Program-made: the position numbers and the translations under genes | NCBI GenBank assembly: GCA_963782845.1 | Contig: CAWALM010000011.1 | Coordinates: forward strand, 255 to 64,254 | Direction of reading: 5' to 3' | DNA: 64,000 bases | Source: an uncultured Gammaproteobacteria bacterium | GTDB taxonomy: Bacteria; Pseudomonadota; Gammaproteobacteria; Steroidobacterales; Steroidobacteraceae | Part shown: one piece after another, positions 1-10,886 of the stretch | Layout: each line of letters begins with the position of its first letter | Position numbering within the stretch: position 1 is the stretch's first letter | The notes under the pieces: model-generated | Databases searched by the model: none | Seen by the model: only the letters and a program-made list of their open reading frames with translations | What the model was told of the DNA's origin: nothing

Positions 1-348
1 CGCAAAGCGGCCGACCCGGATCACGGGTTTTTTGAGGCCCTGCAGCAACACCAGACTCATCTGCAGCAGGATCTTGAGCCGTTTCGCGATCTTATCGGAT
101 TCACAATCCGCGAAGCTCTCGGCACAGTCGCCGCCCTGGAGCAGGAACTGCTCGCCGCGTTGCGCCAGCGCGAGCTTGGATCGCAGTGCTTCGATCTCCC
201 ACGAGACCACCAGGGGCGGCAGCTGGCTCAAAGACGCTACCGCGCGCTCCAGCGCCGGTTTGTCGGCGTAATTCGGCTGCTGGGCGGCTGTGCGGTTCTG
301 CCAGCTCGCGGGGTGCCAATTCGTCAAGACCGAACTCTTCGACATCAT
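1..348 (-). CDS. class II (AroH/plant-type) 3-deoxy-7-phosphoheptulonate synthase, N-terminal 116 codons; the gene runs off the left edge
   Basis: Own translation of the minus strand from ATG 348..346: MMSKSSVLTNWHPASWQNRTAAQQPNYADKPALERAVASLSQLPPLVVSWEIEALRSKLALAQRGEQFLLQGGDCAESF... The W-x-P-x-SW, QQP-Y-D, PPLV and FLLQGGDCAESF blocks are the class II DAHPS N-terminal signature. It is absent from the ORF track because there is no stop inside the window. Confidence 0.75.
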   Translation of the reverse strand, partial: MMSKSSVLTNWHPASWQNRTAAQQPNYADKPALERAVASLSQLPPLVVSWEIEALRSKLALAQRGEQFLLQGGDCAESFADCESDKIAKRLKILLQMSLVLLQGLKKPVIRVGRFA

Positions 349-375
349 GCAAATCCCTGAGGACGGAGGCCGCGG

Positions 376-2049
376 ATGGTAGCCTTGCGGGCAATCCCGA
401 GTCAAAATGCGCCCCCCGTTCATTCGAGTCAGAGAATCCGCATGTCCCAGAAAAGCTCCGCACCGCATGCATCAATGCCGCATCCGCAAACCACGCAGGC
501 AGCGCAATCGCCCAGCGACGCCGCGCGCGAGCAGCTCTGCCTGTCCGCGCTCGGCATCGAGGCCGTGAACCCGGGCGCCTGGTCGGGCACCGACGGATGG
601 AGTACCGCCCAAACCGGTCCCCTGATCGAGTCGATCAATCCGTCGTCGGGCCGCCGGCTCGCCGTGGTTCACGGCGCGACCGCGGCCGACTATGAGCGCG
701 TACTCGCCGACGCGGTCGCGGCCGCCAAGCAGTGGCGCTCGGTGCCGGCACCGAAGCGCGGTGAAGTCGTGCGCCTGCTCGGCGAAGAATTGCGCGCGCA
801 CAAGGCGGCGCTCGGCAGCCTCGTGTCGCTGGAAAACGGCAAGATCAAGGCCGAAGGCGACGGCGAGGTCCAGGAAATGATCGACATCGCGGACTTCGCG
901 GTCGGCCAGTCGCGCATGCTCTACGGCTTGACGATGCATTCGGAACGCCGCGAGCACCGCATGTACGAGCAGTGGCATCCGCTCGGCGTCGTCGGCGTCA
1001 TTTCCGCATTCAATTTCCCGGTCGCCGTGTGGTCGTGGAACGCCTGCCTTGCGGCGATCACCGGCAATGCGACCGTTTGGAAGCCCTCGCCGAAGACCGC
1101 GCTGTGCGCGATCGCCGTGCAGCGCATCTGCAATCGCGTGCTCGAGCGCGAGTCCCTGCCGCCGATATTCCAACTGTTCATCGATGGCGGGACCGAGCTC
1201 GCGAGCCGCTTCGTTGCCGACAAGCGCGTCGCGCTGGTCTCGTTCACGGGCTCGACGCACGTCGGCCGTCAGGTCGGCATGCGCGTCGCCGAGCGGCTCG
1301 GCAAGAGCCTGCTCGAGCTCGGCGGCAACAACGCGATCATCGTCGACGCGGCCGCCAATCTCGATCTCGCGGTCCCGGCGATCGTGTTCGGCGCGGTCGG
1401 CACGGCGGGCCAGCGCTGCACGACGACGCGCCGCGTGCTCGTGCACCGCTCGCGCCTCGCGGAACTCGAGAAGCGCTTGGTCTCGGCCTACGCCCAGGTC
1501 CGGATCGGCGATCCGCTCGACCCGCAGACACTGATGGGGCCGCTGATCGATGCGGGCGCGGTGGCGCGCTTTCTCGAGGTCGTGGCGGCGGCCCAGGCCG
1601 AGGGCGGCCAGCTGCTGTGCGGCGGCGGGCGGCTGAGCCGGGCGGGCAATTTCGTCGAGCCCGCGATCATTCGCGCCTCGCAGGGATTGTCGGTCGTGCA
1701 AACCGAGACTTTTGCGCCGATTCTCTACCTCATGGCCTATGACACGCTCGAAGAGGCGATCGAGATCCAAAATTCCGTGGCCTACGGGTTGTCATCTGCC
1801 GTGTTCACCGATCGGCTGCAGGTCGCCGAGCGATTTCTCTCGACCCACGGCAGCGACTGCGGCATCGCGAACGTCAATCTTGGAACCTCGGGCGCGGAAA
1901 TCGGCGGCGCATTCGGCGGCGAGAAGGATACCGGCGGCGGGCGAGAAGCCGGATCCGACTCGTGGAAGGCGTACATGCGCCGTCAGACGACGACGATCAA
2001 CTGGAGCGCCGAACTGCCTTTGGCGCAAGGGATTCAGTTCAACGTCTGA
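376..2049 (+). CDS. ALDH7 (antiquitin / piperideine-6-carboxylate dehydrogenase-like) aldehyde dehydrogenase
   Basis: 557-aa ORF. It carries [22 protein letters not shown] (ALDH7-type block), ELGGNNA and the catalytic-Cys block [15 protein letters not shown] lies 6 nt before ATG 376. An alternative start at ATG 442 has a weaker RBS. Confidence 0.85.
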   Translation: MVALRAIPSQNAPPVHSSQRIRMSQKSSAPHASMPHPQTTQAAQSPSDAAREQLCLSALGIEAVNPGAWSGTDGWSTAQTGPLIESINPSSGRRLAVVHGATAADYERVLADAVAAAKQWRSVPAPKRGEVVRLLGEELRAHKAALGSLVSLENGKIKAEGDGEVQEMIDIADFAVGQSRMLYGLTMHSERREHRMYEQWHPLGVVGVISAFNFPVAVWSWNACLAAITGNATVWKPSPKTALCAIAVQRICNRVLERESLPPIFQLFIDGGTELASRFVADKRVALVSFTGSTHVGRQVGMRVAERLGKSLLELGGNNAIIVDAAANLDLAVPAIVFGAVGTAGQRCTTTRRVLVHRSRLAELEKRLVSAYAQVRIGDPLDPQTLMGPLIDAGAVARFLEVVAAAQAEGGQLLCGGGRLSRAGNFVEPAIIRASQGLSVVQTETFAPILYLMAYDTLEEAIEIQNSVAYGLSSAVFTDRLQVAERFLSTHGSDCGIANVNLGTSGAEIGGAFGGEKDTGGGREAGSDSWKAYMRRQTTTINWSAELPLAQGIQFNV

Positions 2050-5000
2050 GCCAGTCCTCGATCGCGGCGGCGCGCTCCTGCAGGCGTGCCGCCGATATCG
2101 GCCGGGGCGTCTTCAGTTCCTGCGCATACAGCGAGACTCGATATTCCTCGACCGACCAGCGCAGTTCCTCGAGCTGCGGCAGCCACCGCAGCTCGGCGTC
2201 GAGCTGCTGCTGCAGCGAATCGCTGCGCCGTGTCCAGGCGCTCAACTCGCCGATGATGGTGGGCGCCTCGCCGCCGCGCGCGAGCAGGCGTTGCCAGCGC
2301 CGCTCTTCGGCGCGCAGGTACCTTGCAATATGCGCGAGTTGCGCGGCGGGCGCCGCGACCAGGGCCTCGGCATCGAGGAGTCTTCGCAGGTGCAGGGCGG
2401 TCTCTGCCGCCAATCCGGCCGCCGGCTTGGCGCGCGCATCGTCGAGCAGGCGCCGCACGGCGCGCGCCTCGGTAAACCACGCGACCGCCTGACTCGAGAG
2501 GTCCGCGAGCACATCGAACAGCCGTGAGCGTGCCGCGTCAATGGCCTGGTCGAAGGCCTCGCGGGTGCGCGGCGGCGGCGCATCGTCGAAGCAGGCACGC
2601 CGCATGCTCAAGCTGACGAGCATCTCGATGAGCGTCTCGCCCCGCAGCAGCGGGCTCGCGGCGAGCAGCAGCGGCGCATCGTCGGCGACGCGCTTGCCGA
2701 GATCGCGGACCTGCCGCTCGAGCAGGCGGCGCGCGAGCGCCACTGCGCCTGCTTGCATGCGCCGATCCGCTTCGGCGCGGGTCCAGTGCAGTCCGACCTC
2801 GAGGAGCTTGCCCTGGCTCTCGAGCGCGGGAAACACCTCGATCGACCCGCCGGGGATTTCGAGTGTCTCGGACGCCGCGAGTTCGCGGATATCGAATCGC
2901 TGCCAGCCGCCCGGATGCGCGAGCCGCGCGCGACGGTCGAGCGCGGCGCGCGCCCGCTGCGCCGTCGCGCGGCGCAGGGCGGCGAGATCCGCGCCCCGAG
3001 TGATGCGGCGGCCGTCATCGACTACGGCGAACTGCGGGATCAAATGCGGGTCGATCGCGGCTGCATCGAAACGCACGAGCGGCGCGGGCACGCCCTCCGC
3101 GCTTGTGAGCCACCCGGCGAGGTCCTGCGCGTCCGCCGCACCGTGCGCGCCGGACTGCAGGTAGCGCGCCGCGGTCTCGGCGATGGGAATCAGCCGCCGC
3201 CGCGCTTCCTTCGGCAGCGTGCGCAGCAGCGCCTCGATGCGCGGCTTCGCAAGTCCCGGAACCGCGGTGTCGAGCGCGCTGCGCGTCAAGCCGGGCAGCG
3301 CGAGCAGCGGCAGCAACAGCGTCGCGCCGTCCTCGGCCTCGCCCGGCGCAAAGCGATATTCGACCTCGATCGTGAGCCCGCCGGGCGCGCTCCCGGGCGC
3401 GCGGATGTCGATGGTTTCGGGGAATTGCGCGAGCGCTTCCGGGTCCGGGAGCCGCGCGAACAGCCGGGCCGGCGCGAGGGTGAGCGCCTGCTGGTCGCCC
3501 GCGCTCAAGTGTCGCGTAAAATGGTCCAGCGTCGCCGCGCTCGAGACCTGCCGCGGCAATGCGCGGTCGTAGAACTCGACCAGCGTCTCGGCGTCGACGA
3601 CCAGGTCGCGCGTACGCAGGCGATCCTCGACGCGACGCGCCGCGGCTAGCGCTGCATCATTGGCGAGCAGCCAGCCGGGCCGGTGCGACAAGCGCTGATA
3701 GACGAGCGCTTCGCGCGCGAAGATGTGGCGCGCCTCCTCGGGGGCGATCGGTCCGTAGTTGACGGTGCGGTCGGCGTGCAGAATCAGGCCGAGAAAGCTC
3801 GTGCGCTCGCGCGCAACGACCTCTTCGCGCGCTTCGCTCCAATCGGGCTCCAGATACTCACGCTTGACCAGTTCCGGGGCTGCCGATTCGATCCAGGCCG
3901 GCTGGATCTCCGCGAGGCGCCGCGCGTAGACGCGCGAGGTCTCGACGATATTCGCGGCCATGACCCAGTGCGGTTTGCGGCGCTTGAGCGGCGAGCCGGG
4001 AAACAGATGGAACTTGACGCCGCGCGTGCCGACGTAGACGCCCTCCTCGCCGCGCACGCCGACCATCGTGCAAAAGCCCGCGAGCAGCGATCGGTGCACC
4101 GCGCCGTAGCTCGCACCCTGGCGGCCCGCGACGATGCCGAGTTCCGCCGCGACTCCGCGCAGCTGCCCGTAGACGTTGTCCCATTCGGAGAGCCGCAGCA
4201 GTGAGAGCCGTCGCTCCTTGCACCAGCGCCGCAGTTCGCGGCGCGAGCCTTCGCGCGCCTTGCGGTACGCACGCCACAACTTCACCAGTCCCGTGAACTC
4301 GGATTTCGCATCGTCGAACGCGGCGCTCTCGGCGCCCTCCTCGGCTGCGCCGTCCGCCGCCGGGATGCGCGCATCGGGCACGGAGAGGCCCGAGACAATC
4401 GCCAGCAGTTCGTCCTCGGCTCGAAAGCGCTTGCTTTCGAGCAGCGCTCTTGCAAGCCGCGGATCGAGCGGCAAGCGCGCCATCGCCCGGCCGCGGCGCG
4501 TGATGCGCCGCTCGGCGTCGATGCCGCCGAGTTCCTGCAACAGCCGGTAGCCGTCGTTGAGCGCGCGCCCGTCGGGCGCATCGATGAACGGAAAATCCTC
4601 GGCCGCGCCGAGTCCGTCGGCAGCGAGGCGCAGCAGCAGGGCCGCGAGATTGGTGCGCAGCACCTCCGGCTCGGTGAACGCGGCGCGCTCGGCGAAATCC
4701 ACTTCGCCGTAGAGGCGGATGCACAATCCCGGCCCCAAGCGGCCGCAGCGGCCCTTGCGCTGGTCGGCGCTCGCGCGCGAGATCGGTTCGATCGGCAGGC
4801 GTTGCAGCCGGTTGCGCGTGCTGTAGCGGCTCACGCGCGCAAGTCCCGAATCGATGACCGCCCGTATGCCCGGCACCGTGATCGAGGTCTCCGCGACATT
4901 GGTCGCGAGCACGACGCGCCGGCGCGCGCCGCGCTGAAAGACCTTGCTCTGCTGATCCCATGCGAGTCGGGAATACAGCGGTATCACATCCGCTTCCGCT

Positions 5001-5806
5001 TGCAGTTCGCGCTCGAGCAACTCGCCGACGTCCGCGATCTCGCGCTCCCCCGGCAGGAACACGAGTACATCGCCCGCGCCGATCGGCCCCGGTTCGGTCG
5101 CAATGTCGCGCCAGGCCTGAAGCACGGCGCTCGGCAGGTCGGTCTCCTCGTCCGGATCCGTGGGCGGCGCATAGCGCACTTCGATCGGGTGTCCACGCCC
5201 GCCCACGGTGACGATCGGCGCGGCTCCGAAGAACTCCGACATGCGTTCGACGTCGAGCGTCGCCGAGGTCACGATGACCCTGAGCTCCGGCCGGCGCGCC
5301 ATCACGCGCTTGAGCACGCCGAGCAGCAGGTCGACGTTCAGGCTCCGTTCGTGCGCCTCGTCGACGATCACCGTGTCGTAGCGGCGCAGCAGCGGGTCGG
5401 AGTTCAGTTCCGCGAGCAGCAATCCGTCGGTCATCAGCACGAGCCGCGATTGCTCCGAAACCTGGTCGGCGAAACGCACCCGAAACCCGACCGTCGCCCC
5501 GAGCGGCTGCGAGAGCTCCTCGGCAATGCGCGCGGCGAGCGCGCGGGCCGCGATCCGGCGCGGCTGCGTATGCGCGATCAGGCCGTCGATGCCCATTCCC
5601 AGCTCGAGACAGTACTGCGGCAGCTGGGTGCTCTTGCCCGAGCCGGTTTCGCCGGCGACGATCAGCACCTGATGGGCGCGCAGCGCCTCGAGAATCTCCG
5701 CACGGCGCGCGCTGATCGGCAGCGCAGGATCGAACCGGAACGTCAGCGGCGCGGCGCTACGTGCGCGGCGGCGCGCCGCGGCGGCCGCACTGCGATCGAC
5801 GCTCAT
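2039..5806 (-). CDS. hrpA: ATP-dependent RNA helicase HrpA (DEAH box)
   Basis: 1255-aa ORF. Walker [14 protein letters not shown] and IVDEAHERS (DEAH) are present, and the long C-terminal extension is typical of HrpA length. Confidence 0.9.
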   Translation of the reverse strand: MSVDRSAAAAARRRARSAAPLTFRFDPALPISARRAEILEALRAHQVLIVAGETGSGKSTQLPQYCLELGMGIDGLIAHTQPRRIAARALAARIAEELSQPLGATVGFRVRFADQVSEQSRLVLMTDGLLLAELNSDPLLRRYDTVIVDEAHERSLNVDLLLGVLKRVMARRPELRVIVTSATLDVERMSEFFGAAPIVTVGGRGHPIEVRYAPPTDPDEETDLPSAVLQAWRDIATEPGPIGAGDVLVFLPGEREIADVGELLERELQAEADVIPLYSRLAWDQQSKVFQRGARRRVVLATNVAETSITVPGIRAVIDSGLARVSRYSTRNRLQRLPIEPISRASADQRKGRCGRLGPGLCIRLYGEVDFAERAAFTEPEVLRTNLAALLLRLAADGLGAAEDFPFIDAPDGRALNDGYRLLQELGGIDAERRITRRGRAMARLPLDPRLARALLESKRFRAEDELLAIVSGLSVPDARIPAADGAAEEGAESAAFDDAKSEFTGLVKLWRAYRKAREGSRRELRRWCKERRLSLLRLSEWDNVYGQLRGVAAELGIVAGRQGASYGAVHRSLLAGFCTMVGVRGEEGVYVGTRGVKFHLFPGSPLKRRKPHWVMAANIVETSRVYARRLAEIQPAWIESAAPELVKREYLEPDWSEAREEVVARERTSFLGLILHADRTVNYGPIAPEEARHIFAREALVYQRLSHRPGWLLANDAALAAARRVEDRLRTRDLVVDAETLVEFYDRALPRQVSSAATLDHFTRHLSAGDQQALTLAPARLFARLPDPEALAQFPETIDIRAPGSAPGGLTIEVEYRFAPGEAEDGATLLLPLLALPGLTRSALDTAVPGLAKPRIEALLRTLPKEARRRLIPIAETAARYLQSGAHGAADAQDLAGWLTSAEGVPAPLVRFDAAAIDPHLIPQFAVVDDGRRITRGADLAALRRATAQRARAALDRRARLAHPGGWQRFDIRELAASETLEIPGGSIEVFPALESQGKLLEVGLHWTRAEADRRMQAGAVALARRLLERQVRDLGKRVADDAPLLLAASPLLRGETLIEMLVSLSMRRACFDDAPPPRTREAFDQAIDAARSRLFDVLADLSSQAVAWFTEARAVRRLLDDARAKPAAGLAAETALHLRRLLDAEALVAAPAAQLAHIARYLRAEERRWQRLLARGGEAPTIIGELSAWTRRSDSLQQQLDAELRWLPQLEELRWSVEEYRVSLYAQELKTPRPISAARLQERAAAIEDWLRR

Positions 5807-5816
5807 CGCCCGCGAT

Positions 5817-6644
5817 TCACTCGCGGCGCTTCATTTCGTGCCACAGCCGCTCCTGCTCCTCGAGACTCAAGCGTTCGAACTCGAGTCCGCGCGCTGCGGC
5901 GATCGCCTCCATGCCGCGAAAGCGGCGTTCGAATTTCGCATTCGCCTCGCGCAACGCAGCTTCCGCGTCGACGCCCAACTTGCGCGCCAGATTGGTCGCC
6001 GCAAACAGCAGGTCGCCGACCTCCTCGAACACCTCGCGCGACGGCGCGCCGGTGCCGTTGGCGCGCGCCGCCGCGCCGACCTCGGCGAGTTCCTCGCTGA
6101 CCTTGGCGGCCGCCTCGTCCGCGAGATCGAAATCGAAGCCGACGCGCGCCGCGCGCTTACTGAGCTTGTCGGCCCGCATCAGCGCGGGCAGCGAGCGCGG
6201 CACGTCGTCGAGCTGACTCGCCGACGCGGAACGCGCACTGAGCCGCTCCGCGGCCTTGATGTTCTCCCACGACACGAGCTGCTCTGAGGCCGTCGCGACG
6301 GCCGGCGGTTGGCCGCCCCGCGGTTGGCCGCCCCGCGCATCCTCGAACAGGTGCGGGTGGCGGCGCTTGAGCTTCGCGGTGATACCGGCGGCGACCGCAT
6401 CGAAATCGAAATGGCCGCTCTCCTGCGCGATTTGCGCGTGAAACACGACCTGCAGCAGCAAGTCGCCGAGCTCATCGCGCATATGCGCCAGATCGCCCCG
6501 TTCGATCGCATCGACGAGTTCGTAGGCTTCCTCGACCGCGTAGCGTGCCAGCGTCGCGAAGGTCTGTTCGCGGTCCCAGGGGCAGCCGTCGGGTGCGCGC
6601 AGCCGTGCCATGGTGGCGAGCAGTTCGTGGAGCGCCGCGCTCAT
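5817..6644 (-). CDS. mazG: nucleoside triphosphate pyrophosphohydrolase MazG (tandem MazG domains)
   Basis: 275 aa. Contains EEAYELVDAIE and ELGDLLLQVVFHAQIA, with a second EVFEEVGDLLF repeat. Its stop overlaps the upstream Nudix gene by 4 nt. Confidence 0.85.
   Translation of the reverse strand: MSAALHELLATMARLRAPDGCPWDREQTFATLARYAVEEAYELVDAIERGDLAHMRDELGDLLLQVVFHAQIAQESGHFDFDAVAAGITAKLKRRHPHLFEDARGGQPRGGQPPAVATASEQLVSWENIKAAERLSARSASASQLDDVPRSLPALMRADKLSKRAARVGFDFDLADEAAAKVSEELAEVGAAARANGTGAPSREVFEEVGDLLFAATNLARKLGVDAEAALREANAKFERRFRGMEAIAAARGLEFERLSLEEQERLWHEMKRRE
6306..6335. repeat. perfect 15-bp x2 tandem duplication (cggttggccgccccg) inside mazG
   Basis: Read directly: 6306-6320 and 6321-6335 are identical. 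On the coding strand they encode RGGQP-RGGQP in the linker between the two MazG domains. Confidence 0.9.
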
Positions 6645-7339
6645 GGTGCTGGAACTTGCGGGTGCCGCTCGAGCATGAGTCGCCGCAACGTCATGAGCAT
6701 TCCCGCCGTTGCTCCCCAGATGTTGCGCGTGCCGTATGGAATGTCGAGCGTCTCGACTGTAAGGTCACCGATGCGCCGCTGGCGCGGCCGGTGATTCGCC
6801 GCATCGAACAAGAATGTCAACGGCACCTCGAACGCCTCGTGAACTTCGGCCGCCTCGAGCGTCAGATCGTAGTTCGCATCGACGAACGCGACGACCGGCG
6901 TCACGCGGAAGCCGGTCGCGATCAAGTGATCGGGCAGGTAACCCGCGAATTCGATTTTTTCGGCCGGCAGGCCGATTTCCTCCTCGGCCTCGCGCAGCGC
7001 CGCGGCCCACGCGTCGGCGTCGCCCGGTTCGATGCGTCCGCCGGGGAAGCTGATCTGTCCCGCGTGATCTCGCAGCGCAGCCGAGCGCTGCGTCAGCAGC
7101 ACCGTCCAACCGGACTCGCGCTCGATCAGCGGCACGAGCACGGCCGCGGGCACGCCATGGGTCGGCAGCAAGGCGCGCACGCGCTCGCGAAATTCCGGCG
7201 TTGCGCCCGCGAGCCAGCGCATGTCGTCGTCCGGCAGTGAAGCCTGGGGCGACAGCGCCGCGCGAATCATCGGCCTGCTGAACACCTGCGGGTTGCCCGC
7301 GCCCGATGGGTCTGCATTTTCCGTCACCGTCGATCTCAT
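6641..7339 (-). CDS. Nudix hydrolase, CoA pyrophosphatase-like
   Basis: 232 aa. Nudix box GGRIEPGDADAWAAALREAEEEIGL, preceded by LLTQRS and GQISFPGG as in NudL-type enzymes. Confidence 0.75.
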   Translation of the reverse strand: MRSTVTENADPSGAGNPQVFSRPMIRAALSPQASLPDDDMRWLAGATPEFRERVRALLPTHGVPAAVLVPLIERESGWTVLLTQRSAALRDHAGQISFPGGRIEPGDADAWAAALREAEEEIGLPAEKIEFAGYLPDHLIATGFRVTPVVAFVDANYDLTLEAAEVHEAFEVPLTFLFDAANHRPRQRRIGDLTVETLDIPYGTRNIWGATAGMLMTLRRLMLERHPQVPAP

Positions 7340-7349
7340 CGGGTAGCGC

Positions 7350-8762
7350 TCAGCCGCCGCTGCCGGAGCTCGACCCGACGCCGCCTTTGGTCAACTGCAG
7401 GGGGTCGAGGAGGCTGCGCAGCTGCTCGACGGGAATGTCGGTCATTTCGGCGGCCACCTCGAGGATCGAGCGCCGCTCGGCATAAGCGCGCTTGGCGATC
7501 GCCGATCCGCGTTCGTAACCGATCAGCGGGTTCAAAGCGGTGACCAGGATCGGGTTGCGCGCCAGTTGCGCCTCGAGGTTGGCGGTGTTGACTTCGAACC
7601 CGGCGATCGCGTGATCGGCCAAATTGCGCGCGGCGATGCCGAGCAACTCGATGCTCTGCAGCAGGTTGTAGGCGATGACCGGCAGCATGACGTTCAATTG
7701 AAAATTGCCGGACTGACCGCCGATGGTGATGGTCGCATCGTTGCCGATCACCTGCGCGGCAATCATCGTCACCGACTCGGGAACGACGGGATTGACCTTT
7801 CCCGGCATGATGCTGCTGCCGGGCTGCAAGGCGGGCAACGCCAGCTCGCCGAGTCCGGCGAGCGGTCCGCTGTTCATCCAGCGCAAATCATTCGCAATCT
7901 TCATGAGGCTCACGGCGACGGTTTTCAGTTGCCCGGAGAGCTCGACCGCGGTGTCCTGGGAGGACAGCGCCTCGAAAAAATTGTCGCTCGGCGCGAACGC
8001 GAGGCCGGTGCGTGCCGCGAGGTGCTTCGCGAACACGGCGCCGAACTCTGGCGGCGTATTGATGCCCGTGCCAACGGCCGTGCCGCCTTGCGCGAGCGCG
8101 CGCAAGCGCGGCAACACGCCGCGCAAACGCTCGGCTCCGTGGTCGACCTGCGTGCGCCAGCCCGAGAGCTCCTGCGCGAGGGTCAAGGGCATCGCATCCA
8201 TGAGGTGGGTGCGCCCGGTTTTGACCGTCGCGCCGAGTGCCGCGATTCTCGATCGCAGCGCCTCGCTCAAATGCGCGAGCGCCGGCAGCAATCGTTCACT
8301 CAAACCCAATGCGGCGGCCACGTGAATCGCGGTTGGAAACACGTCGTTGCTGCTCTGGCCGCGATTGACGTCGTCATTGGGGTGCACAGCGTATCCGACG
8401 ATGCGCGAGGCGAGCGTCGCGATCACCTCGTTGGCATTCATGTTGCTGCTGGTACCGGAACCGGTCTGAAATACATCGACTGGAAATTCGCCGTCATGGC
8501 GTCCTTCGGCGACCGCGTTCGCCGCAGCCTGAATCGCCGTGACGAGCGGCGCCGGCAGGGCTCCGAGTTCGCCGTTCGCGGCCGCCGCGCAGTACTTGAT
8601 GAGCCCGAGCGCGCGGATGAATTCGCGCGGCAGGCGCAGCCCGCTCGGCGGAAAGTTTTGGATCGCTCGCTGGGTTGCGGCGCCCCAAAGCGCGGCGCTC
8701 GGCACCTCGACGACCCCAAGGCTGTCGGACTCCAAGCGAAAGCTCGCGCTCGTCATGGCCAC
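7350..8762 (-). CDS. fumC: class II fumarate hydratase
   Basis: 470 aa. Contains LWGAATQRA, FQTGSGTSSNMNANEV, HPNDDVNRGQSSNDVFPTAIHVAA, KTGRTHLMDAMPLTL and GSSIMPGKVNP. The first four blocks match FumC rather than aspartase; only the VVPE after KVNP looks aspartase-like. Confidence 0.8.
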   Translation of the reverse strand: MAMTSASFRLESDSLGVVEVPSAALWGAATQRAIQNFPPSGLRLPREFIRALGLIKYCAAAANGELGALPAPLVTAIQAAANAVAEGRHDGEFPVDVFQTGSGTSSNMNANEVIATLASRIVGYAVHPNDDVNRGQSSNDVFPTAIHVAAALGLSERLLPALAHLSEALRSRIAALGATVKTGRTHLMDAMPLTLAQELSGWRTQVDHGAERLRGVLPRLRALAQGGTAVGTGINTPPEFGAVFAKHLAARTGLAFAPSDNFFEALSSQDTAVELSGQLKTVAVSLMKIANDLRWMNSGPLAGLGELALPALQPGSSIMPGKVNPVVPESVTMIAAQVIGNDATITIGGQSGNFQLNVMLPVIAYNLLQSIELLGIAARNLADHAIAGFEVNTANLEAQLARNPILVTALNPLIGYERGSAIAKRAYAERRSILEVAAEMTDIPVEQLRSLLDPLQLTKGGVGSSSGSGG

Positions 8763-8819
8763 TCTGCAAGTCGATTACGGTAATATTCGATTATTCTAAC
8801 ACTTACGCCGCCGCACCCC

Positions 8820-10190
8820 ATGTCCAACGCTCATATCGACGCTCTTTCGCCCCTCGACGGCCGGTACGCGGCCAAACTCGGCGTGCTGCGCGATCTGTTC
8901 AGCGAGGCGGGCCTCATGCGCGAGCGCACCCGCGTCGAATGCGCCTGGCTGCTGTGCTTGAGCGAGGGGCCGGCGCGAGCCGCGCTCGCCGATCTGCCGG
9001 CGGCGGCGCTCGAATGGCTGCGGCGCATCGCCGCCGATCCGGCCGCGACCGACGTCGCGGCCATCAAGGCGATCGAGCGGCGCACCAATCACGATGTCAA
9101 AGCCGTCGAGTATTGGCTGCGCGGCGAGCTGCAGGCGCGCGGCGCGACGCCGGCGCAGCTCGAATGGGTGCATTTCGGCTGCACCTCCGAGGACATCAAC
9201 AATCTCGCGTATGCGCTCATGCTCGAGGCCGCGCGCGCGCGCGTTGTGCTTCCGGCGCTCGAGCGGCTGCGTGCGCGGCTCGATGCGCTCGCCGCGCAGC
9301 ACGCGGATGTCGGCATGCTCGGCCGCACGCACGGTCAGACCGCGACGCCGACCACCGTCGGCAAGGAGTTCGCGAATTTCGCGGCACGCCTCGAAAGCCA
9401 GTCGAAGCGCATCGCGCAAGTCACGATCCTCGGCAAGATGAACGGCGCGGTCGGCAATTTCAACGCGCATATGGCCGCATTGCCGGACGTCGATTGGCGC
9501 TCGCTCAGCGAGCGCTTCGTGCGCTCGCTCGGTCTCGAATCGAATCCCTTGACGACTCAGATCGAGCCGCACGACTGGATCGCGGAGTATTGCCACGCGC
9601 TGCTGCGCGCCGACACGGTGCTCATCGATTTGGCGCGCGACCTTTGGAGCTACATCTCGCTCGGCTATTTCAAGCAGCGGCTCGTCGAGGGCGAGGTCGG
9701 CTCCTCGACGATGCCGCACAAGGTCAACCCCATCGATTTCGAGAATGCCGAGGGCAATCTCGGACTCGCGAACGCGCTGCTCGCGCACTTCGCCGAGAAG
9801 CTGCCGATTTCGCGCTGGCAGCGCGATCTCACCGACTCGACGGTGCTGCGAAACATGGGCGTCTCGATCGGGCATGCGCTGCTCGCCTACTTGTCGCTGA
9901 TGCAGGGCCTAGAGAAGATCGAGCTCGACTCGGTGCGGGTGCGCGAGGATCTGGACCGCGCCTGGGAGGTGCTCGGCGAAGCGGTGCAGACGGTGATGCG
10001 CGCCCACGGGTTGCCGGACGCATATGACCGTTTGAAGACATTCACCCGGGGACGGGCGATTGACCGCGCCGCGATGCATGAATTCATTGCGACGCTCGAC
10101 TTGCCGGCCGAGGAGAAGGCCCGGCTGATGCGCCTGGAGCCCGCAAATTACTTGGGTTTAGCACCCACCTTGGCGCGTCGGGGAATCTAA
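8820..10190 (+). CDS. purB: adenylosuccinate lyase
   Basis: 456 aa. Fumarate-lyase signature GSSTMPHKVNP and the PurB-type N-terminus LSPLDGRYAAK. Confidence 0.92.
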   Translation: MSNAHIDALSPLDGRYAAKLGVLRDLFSEAGLMRERTRVECAWLLCLSEGPARAALADLPAAALEWLRRIAADPAATDVAAIKAIERRTNHDVKAVEYWLRGELQARGATPAQLEWVHFGCTSEDINNLAYALMLEAARARVVLPALERLRARLDALAAQHADVGMLGRTHGQTATPTTVGKEFANFAARLESQSKRIAQVTILGKMNGAVGNFNAHMAALPDVDWRSLSERFVRSLGLESNPLTTQIEPHDWIAEYCHALLRADTVLIDLARDLWSYISLGYFKQRLVEGEVGSSTMPHKVNPIDFENAEGNLGLANALLAHFAEKLPISRWQRDLTDSTVLRNMGVSIGHALLAYLSLMQGLEKIELDSVRVREDLDRAWEVLGEAVQTVMRAHGLPDAYDRLKTFTRGRAIDRAAMHEFIATLDLPAEEKARLMRLEPANYLGLAPTLARRGI

Positions 10191-10297
10191 ACCGTGACGC
10201 AGTTGGCACGAGCAGCCGCGCCTCAAACGGTAGGATGGCCTCCAAAGCATTCGGATCAGGGCGAGCGCCCGTGCATCTCCAACGAGGCTGAAGCGAT

Positions 10298-10849
10298 ATG
10301 GCGGGAAGTGCGGACGAACCAAGAAGGCCGGTCATGGATAATGGTCCCGCGGTGGGCGGCGACTTATCCACCGGCACCCGCACGATCTTAAGCACGATGC
10401 CCGAGGTCCGCGACGCCAGCCTCAAGGTCGCGAAGTCGGCCCAGCGGCTGCTCTCGATCTTCACCCCCGATTTGGAGCCCCTGATATACGGCGAGGAACC
10501 GTTCCTCGAGGCCATCAAACGGCTCGTGCTCGCGCGGTCCTACGCCAAGGTGCGCGTGCTGCTCGCGGACCCATCGCGCGCAATGGTCGACAATAACCGC
10601 TTTCTCGCGCTCGCCCGGCGCCTCACGAGCTGCATCGACCTGCGCTCGATGAGTCCCGAGTATCCGGCGAGCGCCGGCGCCTTCATCATCGCCGACGACA
10701 AGGCGCTCGTGTATCGGCTGCAAATCGATCGCTGGGACGGCATCTCCGACATGAACGACCCTGCCGTCGTACGCCGCTACCTGAACTTCTTCGACGAAGT
10801 CTGGAATACCAGCATGCAAGAGTCCCAGATGCGCCAGATGCTGATGTGA
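10298..10849 (+). CDS. hypothetical protein (start uncertain)
   Basis: 183-aa ORF with ordinary, non-Arg/Ala-biased composition lying between purB and mnmA. I recognise no motif. Internal Met codons (MDNGP, MPEVRD) are alternative starts. Confidence 0.5.
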   Translation: MAGSADEPRRPVMDNGPAVGGDLSTGTRTILSTMPEVRDASLKVAKSAQRLLSIFTPDLEPLIYGEEPFLEAIKRLVLARSYAKVRVLLADPSRAMVDNNRFLALARRLTSCIDLRSMSPEYPASAGAFIIADDKALVYRLQIDRWDGISDMNDPAVVRRYLNFFDEVWNTSMQESQMRQMLM

Positions 10850-10886
10850 ATGCCGCCGATCGGGCCCGCGCCGCTATAATCGGCGC

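Noticed and set aside
7350-8762. Aspartate ammonia-lyase instead of fumarase
   Set aside because: Only the KVNPVVPE segment looks aspartase-like. QTGSGTSSNMN, SSNDVFPTA and the LWGAATQR N-terminus match FumC, so fumC was preferred, with residual uncertainty.
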